Of a DNA stretch of 64,000 bases, positions 43,466-59,901 are shown piece by piece. Origin of the DNA: the human T2T-CHM13v2.0 reference genome, Homo sapiens. Every line of letters starts with the position of its first letter. Position 1 is the stretch's first letter. A program made the position numbers and the translations under genes. Below the pieces are notes generated by a model, which was not told where the DNA came from, did not search any database, and saw only the letters and a list, made by a program, of their open reading frames with translations. Location: the NCBI RefSeq assembly GCF_009914755.1, contig NC_060938.1; one strand, 5' to 3'.

Positions 43466-43532
43466 CCTATTACTAGTTCTCCACCCAAATGGATGGCTGA
43501 GATAGAACGTGATGACATCGACATGTTGAAAG
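43466..43532 (+). CDS. LIN52: LIN52 exon 4, PITSSPPKWMAEIERDDIDMLK
   Basis: gacag| acceptor, aag|gtaagt donor, 67 nt. Confidence 0.95.
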
Positions 43533-44010
43533 GTAAGTGATGCTAGTTACCACTTTTAACTGGATATTTATGTTTTTCCATAGACCACCTCTCTATTTTT
43601 TTTTTCTGTTTCCTTACAAGTATTTTTGGCTTCAGACTTCTCATTTAAACCTCCTTATTTGTAGTTTTTCATGTCTGCAATGCCCTTCTCTACCTTTTCC
43701 ATGTGTAGAAATCCTGCCAATTCAAGACTCAGTCATAGTGAATTCTGCTGCTGGTGCTAAATTCTTCTAATGTGAACCTGATTTTGTATAATACAGTTAA
43801 CGAATAGCTCTAACATAAATTTTTTCATTTAATTCCCATAAAGGTCCTGTGAGTTGGGTATGATGATATTCAAAGTTCATAAGTTAACCAAGATAGAATG
43901 AGTTAAAATTTGGCTAGGCGTGGCTCATGTCTGTAATCTTAGCATTTTGGGAGGCCGAGGTGGGTGGATCACTGGAGGTCAGGAGTTTGAGACCAGACTG
44001 ACCAATATAA

Positions 44011-44556
<546 letters not shown>

Positions 44557-45256
44557 TAACACAAGTGCCTTATTTAGAATTTACTGCCATATATTGTCAG
44601 TACTATTAAATGACAACCTCTTAGTGGGTTAAGACCTATTTTTTATTTTTTTATCCCATCAATTTCTTCTATAAAGAATACTATAAGTAGTGAATATTGT
44701 TGTTTGATAAATGATTTGAAACTCAATCACAAAGTGGAAATTTAAATTAAAAAACATTAATTTTCCATGATTTTGCCCTACTTTATTTATTTTATCATCC
44801 TTCTGGTGATAAGATTCATGATGATTGTGAAGTAATAGACTGAAATTAAGGTAAAAACCTGGGATTCTTGAGGTATTTAAACAGCTGAACATATCAAGAA
44901 AGTCTTCTTATGCTAGGTGTAGATAATGACTGTGGCATGATAAATGAGATTAAAAAAAAACACCTTTATTTGATTTTAGAAGTAATTCATTGTTCTTTAT
45001 GAAATGCTTAAATGCAGATTCCCTCCTCCTGCCATGGAAAAATTAAGTCTCAAGGGCATCTCAGGTTCATTCTTCTAATGTTTCAAACAGACATTTATAT
45101 AATATCTCATCAGCATGTATTTCTTAAGGCAACTTTAAATTTTTAGTGAGGGATCATAGCATTATATTCTATGCAAACTGACCTGTGTCTTAAACCTAAA
45201 AGGAATTGGGTGCTATTTAAATAAAAATTCAGGAAAGAACATTTTTAAGTATTGTC

Positions 45257-45291
45257 TTTGTGTGTGTGTGTGTGTGTGTGTATGTGTGTGC
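45257..45291 (+). repeat. (TG)n microsatellite, interrupted
   Basis: Direct reading. Confidence 0.95.
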
Positions 45292-45292
45292 A

Positions 45293-45650
45293 AGAGACTG
45301 GAGTTTTTTTTATTACTCAGTCTCCCCGAGAATTTGGGGATCAGAGTTTTTAAGGATAATTTGGTGGGTTGGGGGGACAGTGAGTTGCTAGTGCTGATTG
45401 ATTGGGCTGGAGATGAAATCACAGGGAGTCAAAGCTGTCCTCTTGCACTGAGTCAGTTCCTGGGTGGGGGCCACAAGATCAGATGAACCAGTTTATTGAT
45501 CTGGGTGGTACCAACTGATCCATCAAATGCAAGGCCTGCAAAATATCTCAAGCACAGAAACACCCAACAGTGAAACTGCCATTGCAGAATTGTAACTGTG
45601 ATGGTGAAAGAGATCTGACCTAACCAACTCCATTTGCTCCTAACCTCCAA
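45293..45650. mobile_element. LTR8-like (ERV1) pieces: 3' portion on - (45293-45555), 5' end on + (45571-45650)
   Basis: tgaaactgccattgcagaattg...gaaagagatctgacctaaccaactccat matches the LTR8 start; agactggagttttt..attactca...ggggatcagagtttttaagga matches the reversed 3' part. Confidence 0.7.
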
Positions 45651-46139
45651 CAGTATGCTGTCTTTTTACTTAGTAAACTTAAAGATTTTTATAGGAATTT
45701 GATTTGAAGGGAAAGTTTAGATTTTTATTTAGTCTTTGTTTTCTAAACTTAGGGAAATGGGGAATAGTAAGTGTTTTGTTGCCACTTTATTATAAGTCGA
45801 AATAATGTGGACTTACAATTAACAGTGGAGACAGTGTCCATTTTGTCAGATCAGATCTGTCTTCAAGGCTTTCTTAATGCTATCAAAAGACAAGGTTTTA
45901 CATTTTAATGATGTATTCCAAACAAATGTTATAAATAATGTTTCCTGAGGATGAATCACTTAATTTGTTACTTTATTATTTTTTTCTTTTTTTATTTGAG
46001 AAAAGGTCTCACTCTGTCACCCAGACTGTAGTGCAGTGGTGCCATCATGGCTCACTACAGCCTTGACCTCCTGGTGATCCTCCCATCCCAGCCTCCTGAG
46101 TAGCTGGGACTACAGGCATACACCACCATACCCAGCTAA

Positions 46140-46271
<132 letters not shown>

Positions 46272-46328
46272 TGAGTAGCTGGGACTACAGGCGCCCGCCA
46301 CCACACCCAGCTAATCGTTCTATTTTTA

Positions 46329-46565
<237 letters not shown>

Positions 46566-46826
46566 CTACCATGCCCAGCTAATTCTGTTTTTATGCTAGT
46601 TCTTTTCTTATTAAGTGGGTAAGCTTATCTGAGGAATTTTGCAATAGTGGGAAAATTCCCTGATTTGTGTGTGTTTAAGATTGGGGGAGGAGTTACGGAT
46701 CCATCTTCTACTTATTCAGTGGTAATTAAGCTTGAAAACTTGTATAACAAGAGTTCCCAACCCAAGGAAGTTGCTACTAGAGAAGAGTGGAAAGAAATGA
46801 TGTTGAAATAAATGATTCTGTTTCAG

Positions 46827-46910
46827 AACTGGGGAGTCTCACCACGGCTAATTTGATGGAGAAGGTTCGAGGCCTACAGAACCTAGCCTATCAGCTGGGG
46901 CTGGATGAGT
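46827..46910 (+). CDS. LIN52: LIN52 exon 5, (E)LGSLTTANLMEKVRGLQNLAYQLGLDE; final exon is outside the window
   Basis: tttcag| acceptor, |gtgagt donor, 84 nt; ORF 46787..47044; C-terminal SREMTRGK... exon not found downstream. Confidence 0.95.
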
Positions 46911-46941
46911 GTGAGTACCCCGATCGCATTTGTTCAGGGGT

Positions 46942-46997
46942 GTATTCCACCCTGAGCTGTGTATTCCACCCTGAGCTCAGGTATTCCACCCTGAGCT
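46942..46997 (+). repeat. Three exact copies of GTATTCCACCCTGAGCT
   Basis: 46942-46958, 46961-46977, 46981-46997. Confidence 0.97.
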
Positions 46998-47115
46998 CCA
47001 GTTATAATTCAGAAAGTATATTAGGGAAAAGAGAAGCATTCTGAAGGTAAGAAGTCAATCTAATTCATTGACTTTTTATGGTGGAGTGTGGTGGAATAAT
47101 TACTGGATTTACTAG

Positions 47116-47431
<316 letters not shown>

Positions 47432-47496
47432 GATTTTTCTTTATACAGTAAAAGTATATTGAAATCCCTTCAGGTTATTATCTCATTTTTAAATAG

Positions 47497-47628
<132 letters not shown>

Positions 47629-47766
47629 TAGAGACAGAGTCTCACTATATTGCCCAGGTTGGTCTTGAACTCTTGGGTTTAAGTGATCTTCCTGCCTCAG
47701 CCTTCCAAAGTGCTGGGATTATGAACCACCGCACCCAACCAGCATTTTAGTTTACAAATAAATTTA

Positions 47767-47970
<204 letters not shown>

Positions 47971-49123
47971 TCAGACCTCTTTATCCTTCCTTTATTTCTA
48001 TTACTGTCATCAGCAGTTGGCTTTCTTTTACCAAGAAAACATTTTTGAATTGGTTATGGAATCAAGAAATAGAGAACAACAAACTGCTTCAAGATATGGT
48101 TGTTAGCTGCTCTGCTAAGTTCACTCATTAGTACCTAACTCTTCTCTATATACTGGTAATTTATTTCTTATGATTAAAGTTTATACCTTGGCAAAATTAC
48201 TAGTTACCATGTATGTCATGGACCTCCTTGATTTATAATGAAAAGGCAAATCTGTGATTAGTAAATTCATGAATGTGAGACTTTCATAGTCGATTTTGTT
48301 CCTTGATTTTGTTTCTAGCTTTGGATAATAAATGCTGTAATGATCATTGTGATCAAGGCTTTATCTCTTTGTGTCAATGTTTTTCAATGAAGTAAATGTT
48401 ATGTTTGTTATATCAAGAAGATGCTATATTACCAAATAGATTTGTCAGTAGTATTATCTATAGTTATAGCTGAAATTATGGTTCCTCTAATTAGTTTCTC
48501 TTTTTCTGCTTTCCTACTGAGAAAGGTAATGAAGTATTTTTTCCTGCTTTTTATTATTTATACCAAAGTAGAGTGAACGGAATAATGACCCATGGCCCAG
48601 CTTCAGTAATCAACATATAGCCAATCTTGTTTTACTTATAACAATTTCCTGTAGCTACTTTAAAGCAAATTCCAGGCATCATATTACCCCATTGCCGAGT
48701 AACTTTGTATGTGTTTCCAGAAGACAAGGACTCTTACTTTCTTTTGCTGTTTTGTTTTGTTTTGTTTTGAGACAGAGTCTTACTCTGTGGCCCAGGCTGG
48801 AGTTCAGTGGTGCAATCTCGGCTCACGGCAACCTCCATCTCTTGGGTTCAAGTGATTTTCCTCCCTCAGCCTCCTAAGTAGCGGGGACTACAGGCATGCA
48901 CCATGATGTCTGACCAATTTTTGTATTTTTAGTAGAGATGGGGTTTCACCCTGGTGGCCAGGCTGGTCTCAAACTCCTTACCTCAAATAATATGCTCACC
49001 TTGGCCTCCCAAAGTGCTGAGATTACAGGCATGAGCCACCACACCTGACATATTGTTTTTTTTCCTTTCTCTTCAGGAACAGTGGCACAAAATGTAAGAT
49101 TTTTTTTTTTTTTTTTTTTTTGA

Positions 49124-49228
<105 letters not shown>

Positions 49229-49403
49229 TGAGTAGCTGGGATTACAGGCATGTGCCACCAGGCCCAGCTAATTTTGTATTTTTAGTAGAGATGGGGTTTT
49301 TCCATGTTGGTCAGGCTGGTCTTGAACTCCTGACCTCAGGTGATCTGCCCAACTCCGCCTCCCAAAGTGCTGGGATTACAGGTGTGAGCCACCGGGCCTG
49401 GCC

Positions 49404-49442
<39 letters not shown>

Positions 49443-49526
49443 GACTGGGTTTTTCTATGTTGCCTAGGCTGGACTTGAGTTCCTGGGCTCAAGCAATCAG
49501 CCCACCTCAGCCTTCTGAGTAGCTGA

Positions 49527-49802
<276 letters not shown>

Positions 49803-51803
49803 TGATCCACCTGCCTCAGCATCCCAAAGTGCCAGGATTACAGGAGTGAGCCACTGCGCCCAGCTGGCTACTGTTATTTTTTAAAAATATAACAATAGTT
49901 TCATTATTATAACTACAATTTTTTTAACAAACTTGTTAAATATCATCAAATAGCCAATCAGGGTTTAGATTTCTGTAGTTGACTCATAAATGCCTTTATA
50001 CAGTTCATTTTTTGAGTCTGGATGTAAATAAGGTTCATATACTGTATTTGATATGTCTCTGAAATCTTTTTTAGCCTGTCATACTTCCACCTGCATTTTA
50101 TTTCCCCTTGTCATTTGTTAAACCTAGTCATTTGTTCTGTAGATTTTTCAAAATCTGGGTTTTGTTGATTACATTCCTGTGGTAGAGCTTAACATGTTCA
50201 CCTATCCCTTTTTTATCTGCTGATTGTTAGATCTAGAAGCTTGCACAGATACAGGCTTGATTTTTTTTTTTTAATTTTGATAAGAATATTTCACAGTTGG
50301 TGTTGGGTACATTATGTGTGCTGGTCTTTCTTTTTGTGATACTAAGATTAATAGTTGATGGATTCTAGATCTAACTATCAGGAAATAAAAAGGGATAGGT
50401 GAACATGTTAATTAAGCTCTACCACAGGAATGTAATCAACAAAACCCAGAATTTGAAAAATCTACAGAACAAATGACTAGGTTTAACAAATGATGGGGAA
50501 ATAAAATGCAGGTGGAACTATGACAATCAGATTTATTCATTGTAATATTCTTCATCAGTCTTATACCTAGAGTAGCAGGCTTTGATCACAGTCTAGATTT
50601 ACTGTTTTATTATAGGTTGCAAGGTAGTAATATTCTGTCATTTCTCTCATTGACTAGAATTTTTCTAAAAAGGACTGTATCTTATCAACTATTTGGTTAC
50701 CTCGAAAACTGCTTCTACTGGCATGATGGGATAAATGATTCTTTTTCTTTCTTTATTAGTTTTCAGAATAATCAGTTTGTTCCCTAAGCATCAGTAAAGT
50801 TTATTTTAATGACTTTCAATGGAATCAAAAACTTGGTGTGGCATTTGTTATTTTTTTAAATCCACACAATTAAAGCCATTATTACTGCTAACTGTATTTC
50901 TAAAAACTTAAGGCTTTGGGGGTGGGGGTTTGAAGTCATTTAATTCGGCCACCTTCAGCACTAAACCAAAACTGTATAAGAGAAATGCTTGTTTCTGCCA
51001 AATGAGTCCCATGAGCACAGCTGAGATTGTTCAGAATTATCTTCTACCTCAAAATTTGGTGTTATTTCAATTTCCATAGCATTGCTTTGCAACTGATTGC
51101 CGTTTTCCTTGACCATCGTGAATTTAGCTGACATGAAATAGCTTTAAAATTTAGAATGAGAAACAATTACATTGATGTGTATTGAACTTCTTACATACAG
51201 TCTCTCTTTGTTTTATTGTGTGTAGTGTATTTGCATTAAAAACAAGATTTTTTTTTTTTGTCCTTACAGATTATTCATCTACTCTAGGGGTTGGCTTTTA
51301 CTTGACACCCTAATCTGGTGTTTCGATGTCTAAATCCTCTTTCCTGCATTAATTGAGAGGATGACATGGGTGAAAAATAAGCAGTAGGAACTGATGAATC
51401 CCCAAGGACCAGTGATCCTGTTTTTATGCAAATATCTGCACTGATAAAGATGATGGAAAGAAAAAAAATGCAAAAAATATTTGTCCTCAAAACATGATTG
51501 TTTGTCACTTCCCAAGAGCATTGTTAAATGTTAGTATAAAAATTATATGAACCTTCTAGGGCTGATAGTAACTAGGTTGTGTCTTTTGGAAGATGAGTGC
51601 TACCCTTTGAATTGGTACATGATTATGCCTCAGATAACCCTTTTGGTGTGCAAATTTTGGAATGCAGTAACTTTTCTTATAGGGATTTATAGTCTCTCAG
51701 ATGATTGAGGCCTCTTGGCTTGATTTGGGCAGTTAATTTATATGAAATTCCCTTGAAATATATAGAAATATTTAAAAAAGTAAAACTCTGCCTTAGCATA
51801 TGA

Positions 51804-52496
<693 letters not shown>

Positions 52497-53529
52497 TGAT
52501 TTGCCCGCCTGGCCTCCCAAAGTGCTGGGATTACAGGTGTGAGCCACCACGCCCGGCCCCGGCCTGATTTTTTGAAGTACATTTTCTTCTCTTTGTCTTT
52601 TGCTCATAAATCATTGGTACTACTTCATTACCCATAGGATAAAATTTAGGCCCCTTAGTGTGGCATTCAAAATCCTTTGCATTCTGGCCCTCGCCGGATT
52701 ACTCTAGCCTTCTTACATCTCCTCTACCAAAACACATGCACTGTCTCTGTCTGAAGCTTCGGGAAATTGTTCTTTTTCTGGGTAGTTGGTGTTTTAGTGA
52801 TGAGACGTAATATTTGAAGGTCTTATTTCTGGAATGTCTTCTCTTATGACAGTGGATGGTCAACAGCACAGAATAAATACAGTGTGAAACTTGTTGATGA
52901 TCGCTTGGTTTATCTTCTACTTGAACCCTACTCCATCACTATTATTACATGCTTATGATCCTGATTTAGACCTGTAAGTTTCAATACTACATTGCTTCCT
53001 TTATTCCTAAGGTTCATTATCATGAATCCTATTGAATACTAGTTCTCAGCAGTTTTTACCCTCTCTTTCTGGAATACTTCCCCATCTTCTTAGTTCTACT
53101 CATGCTATTCCTTTTTCTCGGTAAGCTGTCCTTCTATCAGCTTTCCCTTTTCATCCTTGATTTAGAAAGTGAGTGCTCTCTCTGGCCTCTCAAATTGCCC
53201 CTAGAGCAGTTTGTTTGTTTGATTTGTAAGGTGCTTTTACCATTCTTCTTGGAGATTTTTGGTACATGTCTCAGTCCTTGGACTGATTGTAACTTTTTAA
53301 GATAAGAATCATATTTTTACTTTTTCAGCCCATAGCCCATAGATTTTTTTCCCCATCTCTGAAGACCACAGACCAGTTAGTAGTCATGCAAATGACCTAC
53401 TTACTAGCTATCTTTGAAATATTTTTAAATAAAATGTGAAAACTGGGAAAGCAGAGGATTGTATCATTTGAAACTACGGCTAAACCTTGGGACCCTGATA
53501 CATTTGGTTTTTTTCTCTTTTTTTTGGGT

Positions 53530-55745
53530 AACAGCTTTATTGAGATGTAATTCACATAGTCTATAATTCCCCATTTATAGTGTGCAATTCAGTGATTTTT
53601 GTATATTCAGAATTTTGCAGTCACCACCACAACCAATTTTACAACATTTTCATCACCTGAAAAACCTTGCACCCATTAGCAGTCACTCCCCATTACTTCC
53701 CAAACTCCCCAGACCTAGGCTGTTACTTACTGGCTTCATGTCTCTATGGATTTGCCTCGTCTGGACATTGCTTGTAAATGAAATCATATAATATGTGGTT
53801 TCTTGTGACTGGATTCTTTCTGTTAAGATAATGTTTTCAGTGTTCAATTATGCTATAGCATGTATCAGTGCTTTCTTTCTTTTTATGGCTGAATAATATT
53901 CCATTGTATAGATACGCCACATTGTATTTATCTACCTGGTGATGGGCGTTTGAGTTGTTTTCACTACTTGGCTACTTCAAATAATGCTGCTGTGAACATT
54001 CAGGTTCAACCAAAACACACAACTTTTTGGGTAAATATGTTTTCATTTTCTTAGGTTTATAGCTAGAGGTGGAATTCCTGGGTCATGTGGTAACTCTATA
54101 TCTGATCTATTGAGGAACTGTCAGACTGTTTTCCAAACTAGCTGAACCATTTTGCATTCCCACAAGCAGTGTATAAGGGTTCCAGTTTTCTCACACCCTT
54201 GCCAATACTTGTTATTTGTATTTTTTGTTTTTTTAATTATTATCATGTCCATCATAGAGGGTATGAAGTAGTGTCTCATTGTGGTTTGGATTTGCATTTG
54301 TCTAGTAATAATGGTGTTTAGCATGTTTTCATGTGCTTATTATATATCTTCTTTGGAGAACTATCAATTCAGATCCTTTGCTTATTTGTAAATTGTATTG
54401 TTTGTGTTTTTATTATTGAATTGTAAGACTTCATTATATATTCTAGAAACATATATATGTTATTATCACATATATGACATTATCAGATATATGACTTGCA
54501 AAAGTTTTCTCTCATTCTATGGGTTGTCTTTTTACTTTCTTAATGGTGTCCTTTGAATCACAAAGCTTTAAATTTTGATGAAATCCAATTTATCTATTTT
54601 GTTGTTGCTTGTGTTTTAGTGTCCTACCTGATAAACCATTGCCTAATCCAGGTTCTCAAAAACTTATGCCTATGTTTTCTTTTAAGAGTTTTATAATTTT
54701 AGATTTAGGTCTTTGATTCATTTTAAGTTAATTTTTATATTTGGTGTGAGATAGGGATCTAAATTAATTCTTTCGCATGTGGATATCCAGTTTTCTTAGC
54801 ATCGTTTGTTGAAAAGACTATCCTTTTTCTATTGAATTGTCTTGACATCCTTGTAAAAAATCAGTTGGCAGCCAGGCATGGTGGCTCACACCTGTAATCC
54901 CAGCACTTTGGGAGGCCAAGGTGGGAGAATTGCTTGAGCCCAGGAGTTTGAGACAAGCCTGGGCAACAAAGTGAGACTCCATCTCTACAAAAAGATTAAA
55001 AATTAGCCATACATGGTGATGTGCACCCATAGTCTCACCTACTCAGGAGGCTGAGCCTGGGAGGTTGAGGCTTCAGTGAACCATGATCACACCTCTGCAC
55101 TCCAGCCTGGGCTATAGAGAGAGACCCTGCCTCAAAACAAAAAAAATTGGTTGGCCGTAAATGTGAAGGTTTATTTCTAGACTCTCATTCTATTCCATTG
55201 ATGTAATCTCTATCCTTATGCCAGTAATTCACTTTCTTGCTTACTGTAGCTTTGTAGTAAATTTTGAAATTGGGATGTGTGAGCTTTCCAACATCAACAA
55301 TGTTTTGCAATTTTCAAAGCACAAATATTATACTTCATTTGTTAAATTTTTTCCTAAGTACTTTATTCTTTTTGATGCTATTATAAATGGAATTGTTGTC
55401 TTAATTTCATTTTCAGTTTGCTCATTGCTACTACTGAGAAATAGAATTAATTTTTGTATATTGATCCTGTATTCTGCAACTTCGTTGAACTTATTTCTTT
55501 AGTTCTAATAATGTTTTAGTAGATTATTTATAATTTTCCATATACAGAATTGTCATTTGCAAAGAGAGACAGTTTTACTTCTTCATTTCCATTCTGACTG
55601 CCTTTAAATTAATTCTTTTTCCTAATTGTCCTGGCTAGAAATCCCAGTACAGTGTTGAATAGACGTGGCAGGAGTGGACATCCTTGACTTTTCCTGATCT
55701 TTGGGAGAAACCCACAGTGTTAGCTGTGGGCTTTTTGTAGATGTG
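53530..55745 (-). mobile_element. L1M (L1MB-like) 3' end and ORF2 remnant, interrupted by an Alu at ~54868-55146
   Basis: acagctttattgagatgtaattcaca 3' end; ORF 54121..54324 (MQIQTTMRHY...WECKMVQ) is degenerate L1 ORF2 C-terminus. Confidence 0.85.
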
Positions 55746-56064
55746 CTTTAATGTAAATAAGGTAACACTGAATATATCACCTTCTAAAAAAGCTTTGAGG
55801 AATTTAGCTTACTTTGATATAAGTAGTTGCTTCTGCTGATTAATCATATAATTCTGTACGTTCATGTAGCAGTTTAATGGGACTGTTATTTGGCTAAATT
55901 TTATCACTGTTGTTTTTTAAAAGCAACATTTCACTGTAAAAAGATTGAGAGGGATGCCAAGCGGGGATGATTGCTTGAAGCCAAGTGTTTGTAACCAGCC
56001 TGGGCAACAAAACGAAGACTCCATTCTCTAAAAGAAAGACCCCATCTCTAAAAGAAAAAGATTA

Positions 56065-56671
<607 letters not shown>

Positions 56672-56954
56672 TTAATACTTTATCCCATTAATCTACATTG
56701 ATGAAGTTATCTATACAACTTTACTATTTGGTACTTTATTTGATGGTAGTAACTAAGAAAAACTGCTTTCAAGAAGCAGAAGTTTCCACAGCACTAGCCT
56801 GTGGTACTAGACTTCTCCACCCTCTGGGCATGTGATTTGCAAAAAAGTGATCATTTACATTTAGAAGTTGTTTCCCATCTAGATAAAATTCTAAACAGTT
56901 CTTTTGATTTGTAATTTTAATATATAAAGGAGGGAAGGGAGAGTATAACTGTGA

Positions 56955-57116
<162 letters not shown>

Positions 57117-57272
57117 TGACTGATTTTTTTTTTTTTAATTTTTATTTTGTAGAGATGGGGTCTCCCTGTGTTGCCCAGGCTGGCCACATCCTCCTAGGCT
57201 CAAGCAATCCTCCCGCCTCAGCCTCCCAAAGCACTGGGATTATAGGTGTGAGCCACCATGCCCTGCCCCTGG

Positions 57273-57275
57273 TAT

Positions 57276-57322
<47 letters not shown>

Positions 57323-57325
57323 TTT
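57273..57325 (+). repeat. (TATT)n microsatellite
   Basis: Direct reading. Confidence 0.95.
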
Positions 57326-57527
57326 TTGTGGGCTGACATCAGAATTATTTGTCTGGCTTCCCTTATTAGGCCAATTAAGTCCTACCTCTCATAGAACTAA
57401 ATTAATAGTCCTTGACTGAGGAGAAAAATCATCTAGCCTTTAACCTCTAGATGGCAGCATGAGTCTTTCTGTACCACTAACAGAAAGACTACCCACATCT
57501 CTTGAACTGGATTTTTGATCTATGTAA

Positions 57528-57884
<357 letters not shown>

Positions 57885-58803
57885 TAGCTTTGTTGATACC
57901 TTGTTGATTTTTATTTTTAGCTTTTTGTTTTTCTTTTTTATCTCTTCATCTTTTTTTACATATTTCCTTGTTTGTTTGTTTTTTTTTAAATTTTTTTTTG
58001 AGACAGGGTTTCCCTCTGTTGCCCAGGCTGGAGTGTAGCAGCACAATCTCGGCTCACTGCAACCTCTGCCTCCGGTTCAAGCGATTCTCCCACTTAGTAG
58101 AAAAAAATTCTAAAAATGTGGTTAATTCAATAGTTTTTATATCTGCATATAAGACCCTAAAAATGGGTTAAGTTCTCTTGTCTCAATACTTTCCCCTACC
58201 AGTGACTTATCTTGTATCCTTGGACTCTGTTGGTTTTCATGTGGTATCAGGCAATGCTCTATTACATTAAACAGGAATGTTAGCTAAAGTTGATGAAACT
58301 ACATTGGACTAATTAGTCCTTCAAGAAAAATTTAATTGTTTTAAAATAAAGCTTTCAAATATTTAGCCATTTTGAATAACAAAAGAATGAAGTGTCCTGT
58401 TCAGCAACTGTTTGGGTGACTACTTCATACAAGGCTATGTAGGGGATAGGAAGATAATTACTGCCCTCTTGTAGATTAAAATCTAGTAGGAAAGGAAGAT
58501 AAGACAACTAAGGTAAATGATTCTTAAAAAAATATAGAGGAGAAAAGCTCTATGAGAGTACAAAGAACTATATGGATGGGGGAGAAGAGGCAATTGCATT
58601 AGATTGCTACAGGAGTGGCAGATAAACTTCATTTTATTTAGTTAAGACCTGCCTAGGACCATTGAATTGAGAAAGATTTTGAGAGGGAGCCTAGATTCAG
58701 AGAAGGCAATTAGTGATGTCTGTTATAGACAAGGGAAATGAGTATGGTAATATTTGCAATTTCTGGAACATTGGAAATAAACCTGGCCAGGTGCGGTGGC
58801 TCA

Positions 58804-59097
<294 letters not shown>

Positions 59098-59523
59098 TTA
59101 AAGAACACAAAGATGGGTAGAAATGGAAAGGGAGCATATTCTAGGTAGAGTGAATGTTAAAGAGTTTGAAAGCAACAGCTCTGCTCAAGGAACGGTGCGA
59201 GTGGTTGAATCTAGACCCCAGGTTATGTTAGGTCTCATAATGACTAAGACTAGGAAGGAGATAGAGGGGCCAGACTGAGGAGGGCCTTGAACTCCAGGGG
59301 TCAAGGAGTTATTCTCAGTGGTAGTAGGGAGCATGTGAAATGTTCTTTAAAAAGTATCTTAATGCTGTCAAATTAACTGTGTGTGTTGTAGATGGTTTGG
59401 GGAGACCCTTTACTAAAAGAGATTTTACTACAATTTTTTTTATTGTAAAAATAAAGAAGAAAGTAAAAAAAAGAAAACCACCAACAAACCATAGCCTTAC
59501 CACTGAGAGATAACCACTATTAA

Positions 59524-59837
<314 letters not shown>

Positions 59838-59846
59838 TAACTGAGA

Positions 59847-59850
<4 letters not shown>

Positions 59851-59898
<48 letters not shown>
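59851..59898 (+). repeat. (TG)24 microsatellite
   Basis: Direct reading, uninterrupted. Confidence 0.95.

Positions 59899-59901
<3 letters not shown>

Noticed and set aside
46942-46997. CRISPR-like interpretation of the triple 17-mer
   Set aside because: Spacers only 2-3 nt, eukaryotic intron, no cas genes
54121-55502. L1 ORF2-like peptides as an active element
   Set aside because: Short, degenerate, Alu-interrupted and 5' truncated
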